This document shows positions 8,420 through 17,001 of a stretch of DNA of 45,163 nucleotides, piece by piece (the first letter of the stretch is position 1; each line of letters opens with the position of its first letter). The stretch comes from a virus (Duplodnaviria > Caudoviricetes). The stretch lies in the IMG/VR virus record IMGVR_UViG_3300048902_000189, positions 1 through 45,163 of that record, one strand, 5' to 3'. The translations under genes were made by a program, and so were the position numbers. The notes beneath the pieces were generated by a model. That model was not told where the DNA came from, made no database searches, and saw nothing but the letters and a program-made list of their open reading frames with translations.

Positions 8420-8727
8420 TCCGCTACCGCACGGCGCGCCGGGACGCGAACCACGCGGCCATCGTGGCGGGGCTGCGGGCCGCCGGTTGCTCGGTGCTCG
8501 AGCTGCACGCCGTGGGCGGCGGGTGCCCTGACCTACTCGTGGGCGCGAAATCATGGGACTACCTCCTGGAGATCAAGCGGCCGGGCTGGCAGCGGTACGC
8601 CAAGTCCGGGACGGCGCCCGCGACGCTCAAGCGGCAAGCCGACTTCCGCGCGAGCTGGCGCGGGCACCCGGTCGCGGTGGTCGAGACGCTCGACCAGGCG
8701 CTCGCCGCGGTGGGGCTGGCGGCGTGA
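8416..8727 (+). CDS. VRR-NUC-like / Holliday-junction-resolvase-like PD-(D/E)XK nuclease
   Basis: RRDANH..IV..LR..G, GCPDLLVG, LLEIK, Q..F...WRG motifs. Confidence 0.8.
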   Translation: MIRYRTARRDANHAAIVAGLRAAGCSVLELHAVGGGCPDLLVGAKSWDYLLEIKRPGWQRYAKSGTAPATLKRQADFRASWRGHPVAVVETLDQALAAVGLAA

Positions 8728-9077
8728 GCGCGCGGCGTAGGCGGAGGCGCAAGGCGCGCACCCCGCTCGAGCGCGCGACGCGCCAGCGCAAGCGCCGCGG
8801 GCTGGCCTGCCGCGCGTACCACTGGCGCCAGCTGCGCGCGTCGTTGACGTTTCAGGAGTGGCGGCGGCCGGTGGACCACGACGTGCGGATCGCCTACTTC
8901 GTGGCGCGCTGCCCAGTATGCCGGCCCCGGGTCTACGCGCAGGCCGCGGCGGTCATCACGATTGACGACGAGTTGAGCGCGACGGGGACGGCGCAAATCG
9001 AGGCCATTGCCCGTGCGCGGGCGGAGGCGGCAAAGGCTATCGTGCTCGGAATGGTCACGCCTAGGCGGTGCCGGTGA
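8724..9077 (+). CDS. Hypothetical basic protein (CxxxH...CPVC)
   Basis: GTGA overlap. Confidence 0.5.
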   Translation: MSARRRRRRKARTPLERATRQRKRRGLACRAYHWRQLRASLTFQEWRRPVDHDVRIAYFVARCPVCRPRVYAQAAAVITIDDELSATGTAQIEAIARARAEAAKAIVLGMVTPRRCR

Positions 9078-9406
9078 GGCCGCGGGAGTGCGGTATCTGC
9101 GGGGCGGAGGGACGCACGAGCCGATCGCACCCCGACCACCACCTGACGCCCAACCAGCGGCTACGCGAGAAGCGGCGGGCGGCGGGGCTGTGCCTGCACT
9201 GCGGGGCGCCGACGCCCTGGGGCCGACTGTGCGACGCGCACAGGCGTGCCCACAACGAGCGTCGGCGCCGTGATCGGCGTCAGCGGGCGTTGAGGCTGGC
9301 CGCCAAGGCGATTGGTTCCTCGAGCGCGAGGGCGAGCGCCAGCACCTCGTCGGCGTGGGCGTGCTCGTCCTTGCCGCGCTCGGCCAGCTCCTCGAGCCGG
9401 AGGTAA
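9074..9406 (+). CDS. Zinc-binding basic protein (CGIC, CLHC...CDAH); 3' end overlaps the convergent gene
   Basis: GTGA overlap; RRAAGLCxxCG...LCxxH motif common in phages. Confidence 0.55.
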   Translation: MRPRECGICGAEGRTSRSHPDHHLTPNQRLREKRRAAGLCLHCGAPTPWGRLCDAHRRAHNERRRRDRRQRALRLAAKAIGSSSARASASTSSAWACSSLPRSASSSSRR

Positions 9407-9813
9407 ACGCGCCGCTCCTCCGGGCGGGCGTCGTGCTTCGGGCGCCTGCCGCCGGGACCGCGGCTCGACCAGGGCAGCACGTACCGCCCGCCCATCTGGT
9501 ACTCGCGGATGTGGCACCACTCGTGCGCGGCCGTGCGGAAAAAGAACCGGGCCGCGTCGAGCGGATCGCAGGCGCCGCGGCCGACGACCGGGAGCGTGAT
9601 CTTGAAGGCGCCGCCATCGGTGGCGGTCCACCGCCGGCCGGCCCACCTGACTTGCGCGCAGTGGTAGGCGGTGCCGCTCGAGCCGAAGCCGCGGCGCGCG
9701 CGGGAGACGCACACGACGACCTCGGCGGTGCGGGCGCCGACCATCCGGCCGGCCGCCGCCAGGACGCCGTGCAGGGCGGCGCTCGAGACGAGCGTGCGGT
9801 TGATGAGCTTCAC
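9280..9813 (-). CDS. Zincin-like (SprT-type) metalloprotease-like protein
   Basis: TAAHEWCHIREY contains an HExxH motif; GGGGG RBS; coupled to the upstream gene. Confidence 0.6.
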   Translation of the reverse strand: MKLINRTLVSSAALHGVLAAAGRMVGARTAEVVVCVSRARRGFGSSGTAYHCAQVRWAGRRWTATDGGAFKITLPVVGRGACDPLDAARFFFRTAAHEWCHIREYQMGGRYVLPWSSRGPGGRRPKHDARPEERRVYLRLEELAERGKDEHAHADEVLALALALEEPIALAASLNAR

Positions 9814-10022
9814 CGGGCACCCCCTCTCTGCGCGCGCCGCTCGGCGCGGCGCTGCTGCTGGTAGGCGTCGGCCGCTCGTACGAATACGGAGGCGAGCGGG
9901 AGCGCGAAACGCGCGCGGCTCTTGTAGAGACGGAACTCGATGCGGTCGCCGGCCAGGGTGACGGCGGTGCGCCCGCGTGGCAGCTCAACCCACCTGCTGA
10001 CGGGCTTGCGTAGTGCGATCAT
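9810..10022 (-). CDS. Hypothetical protein (MIALRKPVSRWVELP...)
   Basis: CGGGGGTAATCCG-ATG RBS. Confidence 0.65.
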   Translation of the reverse strand: MIALRKPVSRWVELPRGRTAVTLAGDRIEFRLYKSRARFALPLASVFVRAADAYQQQRRAERRAQRGGAR

Positions 10023-10059
10023 CGGATTACCCCCGAGGGTCACGGCGCGGGATTGCGCC

Positions 10060-10085
10060 TAACACAATAGTAACACACGTGTCAA
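10060..10085 (-). promoter_or_regulatory. AT-rich promoter-like island (TTGACA and an extended -10-like TGtTACTAT) upstream of gene 10022
   Basis: Rare AT-rich patch in a high-GC genome; -35/-10 spacing is non-canonical. Confidence 0.35.
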
Positions 10086-10127
10086 GGGGCGAGCGAAACC
10101 CACGCCAACGGAGTATTAAAGGCGGGA

Positions 10128-10171
10128 CCCCGCCGTGTGCTCCGGTCGTTGGCGCGACCGGCACGGCGGGG
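10128..10171 (-). terminator. Strong hairpin, possible terminator for the leftward block
   Basis: ccccgccgtg/cacggcgggg and ccggtcg/cgaccgg stems; on the - strand followed shortly by TTTAATACT. Confidence 0.5.
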
Positions 10172-10248
10172 CGGGCAGGGGCGGGGGCTTAGTCCGCGCT
10201 TTTGGTGGGCGGCGTCCGGGGCCTGCGAGAGCCGGGGCCGTGAACCTG

Positions 10249-10905
10249 TCAGGCGCTCGGCCAGACCTCGGGCAACTCTCTGACGCGGCGCTCGAACTCC
10301 GCCCGCAAATCGGGCGCGCACCGCTCGAGAATCCACCTGATCCCCGCCTCGGCCTCCTCCTGCCACCGCGGACGCATCGCGTTAATCGCCCGGCGGAGGG
10401 CGTCGCGCGACAGCGCGCTGCCGTACTCGGGCCGCCACGGCTCCGGGCATCCGCGCGTTACCGAGGCCGCCATCTCGCGGGCCTGGTCCACGCTGACGCG
10501 AAGGTGCGCGGCGAGCGTGGCGGCGCATTCGTCCGGGGACTTGGGCGAGGTGCCGTTGCCGCCGTGGTGCCGCTCGCCGAAGTGCCCGGGGGTCATGCCC
10601 GCGAGCCAATAGAGCGCGTTAGCTTCGGCGTGCATCGGGACCCCGCGGTAGTCGGACAGGTGCAGCGCGATCAACGGAGCCGCGTCGGGCACGTGGGCCA
10701 GAACCTCGGCGTGCATACATCCGCCGCCCTCGCCGAGCGGCCCGCGGACCTCTGCGCCAACGGCGAAGTAGGGCGCCTGGTCGCCAATCGCGTGCAACTC
10801 GGCGTGCCAGCGTATGACGGCGCCGGCGCCCCAGTCGCGCGCCAGCTTGGGATTGGTGACGGTGCCGCCGCAGCGGGCGTAAGTCGTGTCGTTCGTGGTC
10901 ATCAT
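10249..10905 (-). CDS. Hypothetical phage protein
   Basis: GAGGG RBS; GGCMHAEV...LHLSD..GVPMH pattern. Confidence 0.75.
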   Translation of the reverse strand: MMTTNDTTYARCGGTVTNPKLARDWGAGAVIRWHAELHAIGDQAPYFAVGAEVRGPLGEGGGCMHAEVLAHVPDAAPLIALHLSDYRGVPMHAEANALYWLAGMTPGHFGERHHGGNGTSPKSPDECAATLAAHLRVSVDQAREMAASVTRGCPEPWRPEYGSALSRDALRRAINAMRPRWQEEAEAGIRWILERCAPDLRAEFERRVRELPEVWPSA

Positions 10906-11015
10906 GGCGTTACCCTCGCGGTGAGGTAGGGGAGCAGCGTGCAGACCTGCACGCCGGCGGCGATGGCCGCCGCCATGGCGATAGCGGCGGCGGCCCAGAG
11001 CAGATTGCGCCTCAC
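10902..11015 (-). CDS. 37-aa hydrophobic peptide (MRRNLLWAAAAIAMAAAIAAGVQVCTLLPYLTARVTP)
   Basis: GTGA and ATGA overlaps with both neighbours. Confidence 0.5.
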   Translation of the reverse strand: MRRNLLWAAAAIAMAAAIAAGVQVCTLLPYLTARVTP

Positions 11016-11461
11016 GAGAGCGGCACCTGGGCGTCAGCCTTCGCGACGGCCACGCCCCACGGATCGCCGCAGTCTTGGAGGTTCTGCGCCTTGGTGAGCC
11101 ACGCCGCCTCGCGCGCGGTGACGGTCGGGCCGCTGTGGCCCTGGCGCGGTGTGCTGGCCTCCTCGTGCGGGATGTCGAGGCAGACGGCGAACTTCACGGA
11201 GTCGGGGAGCTCACCCTCTGCGTCGTCCAGCTGGAACGGGGCGGCGCCCAGCGCGAGCGCGGCGCTGCCGACGATGCAGCCGCAACCGTCGCCGGTCGCC
11301 TTGTCGCGCCCGTTGAGGTACGAGCACGAGAGTTGCCCATCGGGCGCGAGGTAGACGCGCTGCGGGTGCGCCTCCGCCTGGGCGCGGACGGCCGCGACCA
11401 GCGCGGCGTAGGTGATCTTGGCAACGATGCGAGCCACGTCGGCATCGGACACGCGGCTCAT
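11012..11461 (-). CDS. Hypothetical protein (CSY...CGCIVG motif)
   Basis: ATGA overlap. Confidence 0.7.
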   Translation of the reverse strand: MSRVSDADVARIVAKITYAALVAAVRAQAEAHPQRVYLAPDGQLSCSYLNGRDKATGDGCGCIVGSAALALGAAPFQLDDAEGELPDSVKFAVCLDIPHEEASTPRQGHSGPTVTAREAAWLTKAQNLQDCGDPWGVAVAKADAQVPLS

Positions 11462-11724
11462 GGGCGGGACCGCACAGGAATGATGGCGGTTGCGTACTTG
11501 TCGGCGTCGGCCGCGCTGAAGTAGGACGGCGAACCGAGCCACGGCGTACCATCGTCGTGCAGGCCATAATCGGGCCGGTAGTAGACGGCCCCGAGGCGCA
11601 CCGCGGTCACGATGCACCGGAGCGGCTGAGAGTCGCGCGAATCAAGCCACCGGCGATGCACAAACCTGTCGCCTTTCTTGAGAGTTACTCCGGGCCTCGC
11701 GTGCGTGTCGGTAGGGCGGGTCAT
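11458..11724 (-). CDS. Hypothetical protein (SH3/KOW-like small beta domain)
   Basis: AGGAGG RBS; LKKGDRF...CIVTAV. Confidence 0.65.
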   Translation of the reverse strand: MTRPTDTHARPGVTLKKGDRFVHRRWLDSRDSQPLRCIVTAVRLGAVYYRPDYGLHDDGTPWLGSPSYFSAADADKYATAIIPVRSRP

Positions 11725-11978
11725 AGCGGTAGCTCCTCCTGCGGCAACAGCGTGGGCTTACGCGCCCCGGACTCCCCGGGGCACGGCGCGAGCACGCCGG
11801 CGTCGAGCGCGGCCTGATCGCGTGAGGCGTGGAGTTCGCAGCCGTGCCCGGACGGGCGCCGGCAGGGCGAGCCGATGGGCGCGCGGCAGTGCGGGCACGG
11901 GACCTCGAGCGCCGGGTCACGCGGCCACGTCTGCCCGCAGCGCGCGCAGGTCACGGGACCGCTGGCGGTCATTGCCAT
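11721..11978 (-). CDS. Zinc-finger protein (CARC, CPHC..A..GSPC...H..R)
   Basis: Cys/His pattern; GGAGG RBS. Confidence 0.7.
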   Translation of the reverse strand: MAMTASGPVTCARCGQTWPRDPALEVPCPHCRAPIGSPCRRPSGHGCELHASRDQAALDAGVLAPCPGESGARKPTLLPQEELPL

Positions 11979-12199
11979 GGCAGGAGCCTCCCCGCGAAGG
12001 CGTACACGTGGCGCAGGCGCAGCGTCACGCCGTCCACGTCGCGGACCAGGCGCCGCACCCCTTCCCATCGGATCGGGCGCAGCGACAGCGCGAGTATGAA
12101 GCCCCGGCCCACGGTGCCGGGCCGGGCGAGCACGAGGGTCAGCCAGCAGCGGCCGCCCTCGAACCCGGTCCAGCGCAAGTGCAGCGGCGAGCGCCTCAC
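11969..12199 (-). CDS. Hypothetical protein
   Basis: GTGA overlap. Confidence 0.45.
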   Translation of the reverse strand: MRRSPLHLRWTGFEGGRCWLTLVLARPGTVGRGFILALSLRPIRWEGVRRLVRDVDGVTLRLRHVYAFAGRLLPWQ

Positions 12200-12564
12200 G
12201 ACGCGAACCCCTTGGCCTTGGCGTAGTCCCATGCCGCGTTCCACAGCGCCGCGTCGCCGTCGCTGTCCGGGCGCGGGTCGCGCGTCGTGACCTCGGCGAA
12301 TGCCTCGGCCATGACCTCGTTAGCGTCGAGGTGGTCGTGCGTCGCGCACGTGTTGTCGGCGCGCCGGGCGTTCTCGGCGTCGATGGCCGCGAGCACCTCA
12401 GGCGCAAGCTCCACGGCCATGCGGCGGCGGAATGCATCGCCGATGGCGATGGCCGTGACGCGCGACCACGCGCGCACGGCGTTGGACATGAGCGCGCGGT
12501 GGGCGGGCGGCGTCTGAGGATCGGTCATCAACTCGCTGACTTTTCGTCCGGCGTAGCGGGTCAC
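12196..12564 (-). CDS. Hypothetical phage protein (CATHDHLDANEVM...LWNAAW motif)
   Basis: GTGA overlap; conserved-looking motif. Confidence 0.7.
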   Translation of the reverse strand: MTRYAGRKVSELMTDPQTPPAHRALMSNAVRAWSRVTAIAIGDAFRRRMAVELAPEVLAAIDAENARRADNTCATHDHLDANEVMAEAFAEVTTRDPRPDSDGDAALWNAAWDYAKAKGFAS

Positions 12565-13199
12565 AGCAGGCCCCCTTGGGTTGGGGTGAGAGACAGGGCC
12601 AGTAGCAGGGACAGGGCGTAGGGCACGCGGCTCCGGTCGCGGGCGCCGTCGATGCCTTGCGTGCCGGTGCGCGCGCCACGCGGCGCGGCCTCGTGGCACG
12701 GGTCGCCAGCGGAGCACGGCGGCGGCAGCAGCAGGCCGGGCGGGAACGCGCCCCACAGGTCGGTCGGCTTCATGCGCGTATCGCCGAGGCGGCAGTACGT
12801 GACCGTGCGCCGCTCAAGGTGCGCGACGCACGGCCGGGTGCGGAGCATCCCGCGGGGGTTCTCCATCACCCAATAGGGCGCGCCGCTCGCCGCGACGAGC
12901 GCGAGCGCCGCGAGCACGAGCCGCTCGCCGTGGGCGGCCGCCTCAGACTTCGGCGAGCCGTCCGGCGCCCAGTGGCGGGACAGGGACGCGACCGAGAACG
13001 CGGTGCACGGCGGGGATGCCCAGACGAAGCCGTACGGGCCGCGGGCGAGCACCTCGTGCTGCACCTCGGGGTCGAGCACGGACCCCGTGATGGTCGCGCC
13101 CGCTTCGGCGAGCACGTCCACCGTGACCACCTCGTGACCGAGGCGCCGAAACGCCTCGGTCGACGAGCCGGTGCCGCTGAACAGGTCGAGCACCTTCAC
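12561..13199 (-). CDS. Short phage-type DNA (cytosine-5) methyltransferase, paralogue of 4624..5277
   Basis: VLDLFSGTG, WASPPC, ENPRG, TRMKPTDLWG, CHE.APRGARTGTQG. Confidence 0.85.
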   Translation of the reverse strand: MKVLDLFSGTGSSTEAFRRLGHEVVTVDVLAEAGATITGSVLDPEVQHEVLARGPYGFVWASPPCTAFSVASLSRHWAPDGSPKSEAAAHGERLVLAALALVAASGAPYWVMENPRGMLRTRPCVAHLERRTVTYCRLGDTRMKPTDLWGAFPPGLLLPPPCSAGDPCHEAAPRGARTGTQGIDGARDRSRVPYALSLLLALSLTPTQGGLL

Positions 13200-13372
13200 G
13201 ACTGGCCGCCCGCGAGGTGCCACGCGAACGTCTGCGCGTCGTGCGGGAACTCGTCGGCGCCGCGGACCCCGCGGGCCACCTCCGCCTCCCACGCCTCAAG
13301 CTCGTACCTGACCTGACGCCGCTGCTCCGCGGACAGGTCGGCCCAGTACTCAGCCGCTCCGTACTTCGGCAT
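13196..13372 (-). CDS. Hypothetical protein, first gene of the leftward operon
   Basis: GGAGGG RBS then ATG (MPKYGAAEYW...). Confidence 0.6.
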   Translation of the reverse strand: MPKYGAAEYWADLSAEQRRQVRYELEAWEAEVARGVRGADEFPHDAQTFAWHLAGGQS

Positions 13373-14283
13373 CGGTTTACCCTCCCGATGACGCCCGCTC
13401 ATGTGTGCCGCGAGCGCCAGCCGAGCGGGCCAGACCTGCGCTGCGGATATGGAAGCCACCGAGCAGGATAGCCCACTTCGTAGCCCGCACAAGGGCCACT
13501 TCTCGTTTTTTTCTCGGTACCACTCTGTCAACCTAAATCGGCGGCAGGGCCACCGCGAGGCCGGCCAGCGGCCTCCGCCAGAACGAGCGCCGCGGCAGGC
13601 CCCCGCCAGCGGCAGCGCCGTGCGACACTCGCGGCCTCCCCCTCGCGCGCGCCCGGCTGGTGGTTCCCGCCTCGCCGACCGCCCCAGCCCCCGAGCCAGC
13701 CGACCACGCGCGAACACACGAGCGCCCCGCCATCCGCCCCACGGCCCGACCCCCCGCCACCTGCGGAACCGCGCAGCGAGCGGGCGCGGCATCGACCCGC
13801 GCGACCGCCTGGGCACGCGCGATCGGGAACCGCGAGCGGGCGCACACGCGAGGCGATGCCGCCGAGGGGCCGGGGGCCGGAGCGTGCAGCCTCACCGCAC
13901 GGGCCGGGCTCCGGGACCGAGCGCCCCCCGCGCGAGGATGCGCGCTCGAGGGCACGCGCCGGCGCGCGAAGGCGTCGCCACCTGACGGGTCCCGAGCGAG
14001 GGCCCCCGGTCCCGAGCGGGTGATGATGCTCGATACGCGCATGGCAAGGGGACGGGGAGGGGAGTAGGGTGCGGGGGTCGCGGTGAACGCATGCTGGCAG
14101 AAGGCCCGAGCCACCGCGGCGAGGTAGGGCGCTGAACCCGTGCACGAGAGGGGCGGGGAGGCGCTGGGGGTGGCCCCGGGGCGAGACCGTGGCGGCTGGT
14201 AGCTGGGCCTGGACCGGGCGTGGCGGGGGAGCCTCGGGGCCGAGTAGTGGACGAGCGGGCGTTACCGTGACACCATGTAAAAC

Positions 14284-14649
14284 ATGGAACGTCGGCTGGT
14301 CCGAGCCTGTATAGCGCGTGGTGCCAAGAGGGTATCGGTGGCTGGCAGACCGCAGCGTCGTGGCAGTACGTGGTGCGGCGAAGCAGGGTGCCCAGGACCC
14401 CGTGGCTGTCGCGAGTGCAGGAATGCGTACATGCGGCAGTGGCGAGCGGCGGGCCGCGAGAAGCCGGTGCCGATCGAGAGGGCGAGAGCTCGGGCAGTGG
14501 TTGGCATGGCGCTCCACCGCGGGTCGATGATGCGGCAGCCGTGCGAGGTGTGCGGGGAGCCGAGGACACAGGCACACCACGAGGACTACGCGAAGCCGCG
14601 AGAGGTGCGGTGGCTGTGCGCGGCACATCACCGAGAGGTTCACGCCTGA
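14284..14649 (+). CDS. HNH-like endonuclease
   Basis: CEVCG...AHHEDYAKPREVRWLCAAHH motif; N-terminal CREC. Confidence 0.75.
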   Translation: MERRLVRACIARGAKRVSVAGRPQRRGSTWCGEAGCPGPRGCRECRNAYMRQWRAAGREKPVPIERARARAVVGMALHRGSMMRQPCEVCGEPRTQAHHEDYAKPREVRWLCAAHHREVHA

Positions 14650-14760
14650 CCCCGGTGGATGGGACCCGCTGGGGACCCGGGGCGGTACGGAGGTAGATGG
14701 GACCGGGCGGGGTGTGCTGTAGTGGTGCGCGGAGCACGCGGCAGCGTTCCTGGGGAGGGC

Positions 14761-15039
14761 GTGTTGGCAGACCTGTCGTCAGCGATACTCAGGCGGCTGG
14801 ACCGCATCGAGACGTGGCTCTGGTACGTGTACCTACAGGAGAGGGCGAACATGGCGCTCGGACAGGACATTCTCGACGCGGTGCGCGCGGAGACGACCTC
14901 GGTCGACTCGGTGATCGCGCTCATCAACGGGCTCGTGGCGAACCAGACGGTGACGCCGGAGGTGGGGGCGGCCATCCTCTCGGAGATCAACGCCAGCAAG
15001 GCGAAGCTCGACGCCGCCATCGCGGCGAACACGCCGTAA
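14761..15039 (+). CDS. Small helical hypothetical protein (alternative start at ATG 14851)
   Basis: GGAGG before GTG; ends ...LDAAIAANTP. Confidence 0.7.
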   Translation: MLADLSSAILRRLDRIETWLWYVYLQERANMALGQDILDAVRAETTSVDSVIALINGLVANQTVTPEVGAAILSEINASKAKLDAAIAANTP

Positions 15040-15369
15040 GGACCTGACGTCGGTTGAAGGCCAAGGCCCGACTGGACATGCGGCGGAAGTGTCACTTATC
15101 TTGACACCGAGCCATGTAGCGGCGGGTCACGGCCCAGGTCCTCGGGACGACGGTCCCCTCGGATGCTCCGCGCGTGGTTCGGGCGGGGCGCCGGCACGTC
15201 ACCGCTCAATGCTTTCGCGCGGCCCCCATGTGCGAACGAGAGGCGGGTTCGACTCCCCCGAGTCGGCCCGCCTTCTTCGTGTGGTAGGGTCAGTGGCGCG
15301 CGGGTCGGCCCCGTGTCGAGCCATGGGCTGTGGTTCCGCGGCGAAGGGGAACGAGCCGCCCGCGCACCA
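15040..15369 (+). ncRNA. Candidate structured non-coding RNA (several multibranch stems)
   Basis: ggacctg/caggtcc, gtcgg/ccgac, acatg/catgt, gtgtca/tgacac, gggac/gtccc, aggcggg/cccgcct and gcgcggg/cccgcgc stems in a gap with no credible ORF. Confidence 0.45.
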
Positions 15370-15387
15370 TCTTCGGGGGACGCGAGA

Positions 15388-15753
15388 GTGAAGTGGCGTG
15401 AGGTGATCGAGCGGGCCGGTGGGGTCGGGAGCGCCATGCTCTACGGGGAACCCCTGAAGCAGCTCGTGGCCGAGCTGGACGAGTGGCCGCCGAAGGTGGA
15501 GGCCGCGGACCAGCGCGCGCGGATCGCCGCCGAGGACTCCGCCAAGGCCGGGCTCCGTGCGCTCGAGGCCGAGAAACTGCTCGAGGCCGAGCGAGCCGAG
15601 CTGAACCGCCGGGTCGAGGCGCAGGACCCGCTGATCGCGCAGGTGAAGGAGTTGCAGCGGAAACTCGCGATACTCAGGTGGTACGAGCCCAACCTCGAGC
15701 GCGTCGCCACCGAGGCGTGGCTGCGCGCTCACCCGGAGGAGGTGACGGTGTGA
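15388..15753 (+). CDS. Hypothetical coiled-coil protein
   Basis: GGGGGA RBS, GTG start; GC3-rich. Confidence 0.7.
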   Translation: MKWREVIERAGGVGSAMLYGEPLKQLVAELDEWPPKVEAADQRARIAAEDSAKAGLRALEAEKLLEAERAELNRRVEAQDPLIAQVKELQRKLAILRWYEPNLERVATEAWLRAHPEEVTV

Positions 15754-16811
15754 GCGTCTCCCTTGGCGGCAGCGTCATCGCCAACGTCGGCCTGCACGAG
15801 TCCTCGACCGTCATCCAGCAGGCGCTCGACAACCTCACCTCGCCCCAGACCATAAACTTCGGCTACCCACCTGTGGCCCCGAGCCTCGCGATGCCTGGGG
15901 GCAAGATCAAGCTGCCGCGGGGCGTGTTCAAGGGCGACCTCTACATCGGCAACCGCGGCACCTGGATCGAGGGCGAGGGCGAAGGGACCATCATCGACGG
16001 CTCGATCTTCGTGAACGCCGGCCAAGTGCGGCTCGCGAACCTCGCCATCATCCGCCCGCTCACGGCCGCCTACTGCCTCAAGCTGTCGTGGTCCGACGCG
16101 AACCACAAGGTCGACCGCTGCGTCATCGACAACGTGCGGACGACCGGAGGCGACATCGGCCTCCTCGTGGACGGCTGCATCCTGACCACGTTCAAGCACT
16201 GCACGTTCGCCAAGGCGCAGACAGCCTCCGGCCGGGCCCAACGCACCGTGTCGGCCCCGGGCACGAACACGACGCTCAAGTTCATCGACTGCGGCTTCCA
16301 GGACTGCCAGGCGAAGGGGCTGCACATCTCGCAGTCCCAGAACACCCTGGTCCTCGGCTGCAACTTCGAGGGCAACACGCTCCGCGACCTGCACCTGGAC
16401 ACGCTCGAGGGGGTCGAGGTCATCGGCAACAACTTCGAGGACTACATCGACAAGGACGGAATCCTGTTCGTGAACAACAACACGGGCCCGTGCTCGATCA
16501 TCGGCAACAAGTTCCTGAGCAACTACGGGGACGGCGCCGGCACAGACCTCTACGGGAACGCCACCGGCGGCACCCACGGACCGACGCGCGCCATCAACAT
16601 CCAGAGCGGCTGCACCGCTGGCGGCGTCATCTTCGCCAACAAGTTCAGCAAGCAGAAGGGCGCCAACCTCAACGGCACCGGCGCCACCGTCAGCGTCGAC
16701 GGGACCTGCGACCGATGGCGCGCGCGCAGCAACTTCTACTCGCCCGCGACACTGACTTACGTCAACGGCCAGCCCGGCGGAGACGCCATCCCGGTGAACG
16801 AGTACGCATGA
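15750..16811 (+). CDS. Right-handed parallel beta-helix (pectate-lyase-like) protein, possible depolymerase
   Basis: IQQALD...GGKIKLPRGVF...IEGEG N-terminal cap; repeated IGNNF/IGNKF/FANKF rungs; GGAGG RBS. Confidence 0.8.
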   Translation: MSVSLGGSVIANVGLHESSTVIQQALDNLTSPQTINFGYPPVAPSLAMPGGKIKLPRGVFKGDLYIGNRGTWIEGEGEGTIIDGSIFVNAGQVRLANLAIIRPLTAAYCLKLSWSDANHKVDRCVIDNVRTTGGDIGLLVDGCILTTFKHCTFAKAQTASGRAQRTVSAPGTNTTLKFIDCGFQDCQAKGLHISQSQNTLVLGCNFEGNTLRDLHLDTLEGVEVIGNNFEDYIDKDGILFVNNNTGPCSIIGNKFLSNYGDGAGTDLYGNATGGTHGPTRAINIQSGCTAGGVIFANKFSKQKGANLNGTGATVSVDGTCDRWRARSNFYSPATLTYVNGQPGGDAIPVNEYA

Positions 16812-16948
16812 GTCTACGGCGCGTCGGCACCGGATTCGGCGACATCTCGCTATCGCTGCTACGGCGGTTCGTGCTCCGGTCGTGGGTCCGCCGACGTATG
16901 CGCGTCCGCATCGTCTGGCCCGACGGACGGGTCGACGTGCTCAAATGA
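16808..16948 (+). CDS. Small basic hypothetical protein
   Basis: ATGA overlap. Confidence 0.45.
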   Translation: MSLRRVGTGFGDISLSLLRRFVLRSWVRRRMRVRIVWPDGRVDVLK

Positions 16949-16973
16949 GCAGGGCGCGCTCGTCATTCAGTCC

Positions 16974-17001
16974 TTGACCTGACGCGGTTGCTCCATACAA
17001 T
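16974..17001 (+). promoter_or_regulatory. Sigma70-like promoter TTGACC-N16-TACAAT upstream of the packaging/structural operon
   Basis: Near-consensus hexamers in an intergenic gap. Confidence 0.6.

Noticed and set aside
6822-8727. Restriction-modification system (nuclease-like genes flanking the MTase)
   Set aside because: The flanking genes resemble common small phage nucleases/resolvases rather than type II REases; no support for cognate pairing
13500-13535. Canonical leftward sigma70 promoter from TTGACA
   Set aside because: No TAnnnT -10 at 16-18 nt spacing, so it is not called as a feature
13196-14737. Several 130-370 aa ORFs across the divergent region
   Set aside because: Low-complexity R/P/G/A translations with no RBS or codon bias
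15200-15270. tRNA gene suggested by GGTTCGACTCC
   Set aside because: No matching acceptor, D or anticodon arms; the motif sits inside a longer hairpin
15298-15369. tRNA-His (7-bp stem, CTGTGGT loop, ACCA end)
   Set aside because: No TTCRA T-loop, weak anticodon stem, and the CCA can pair with upstream TGG; kept only as part of the structured-RNA finding
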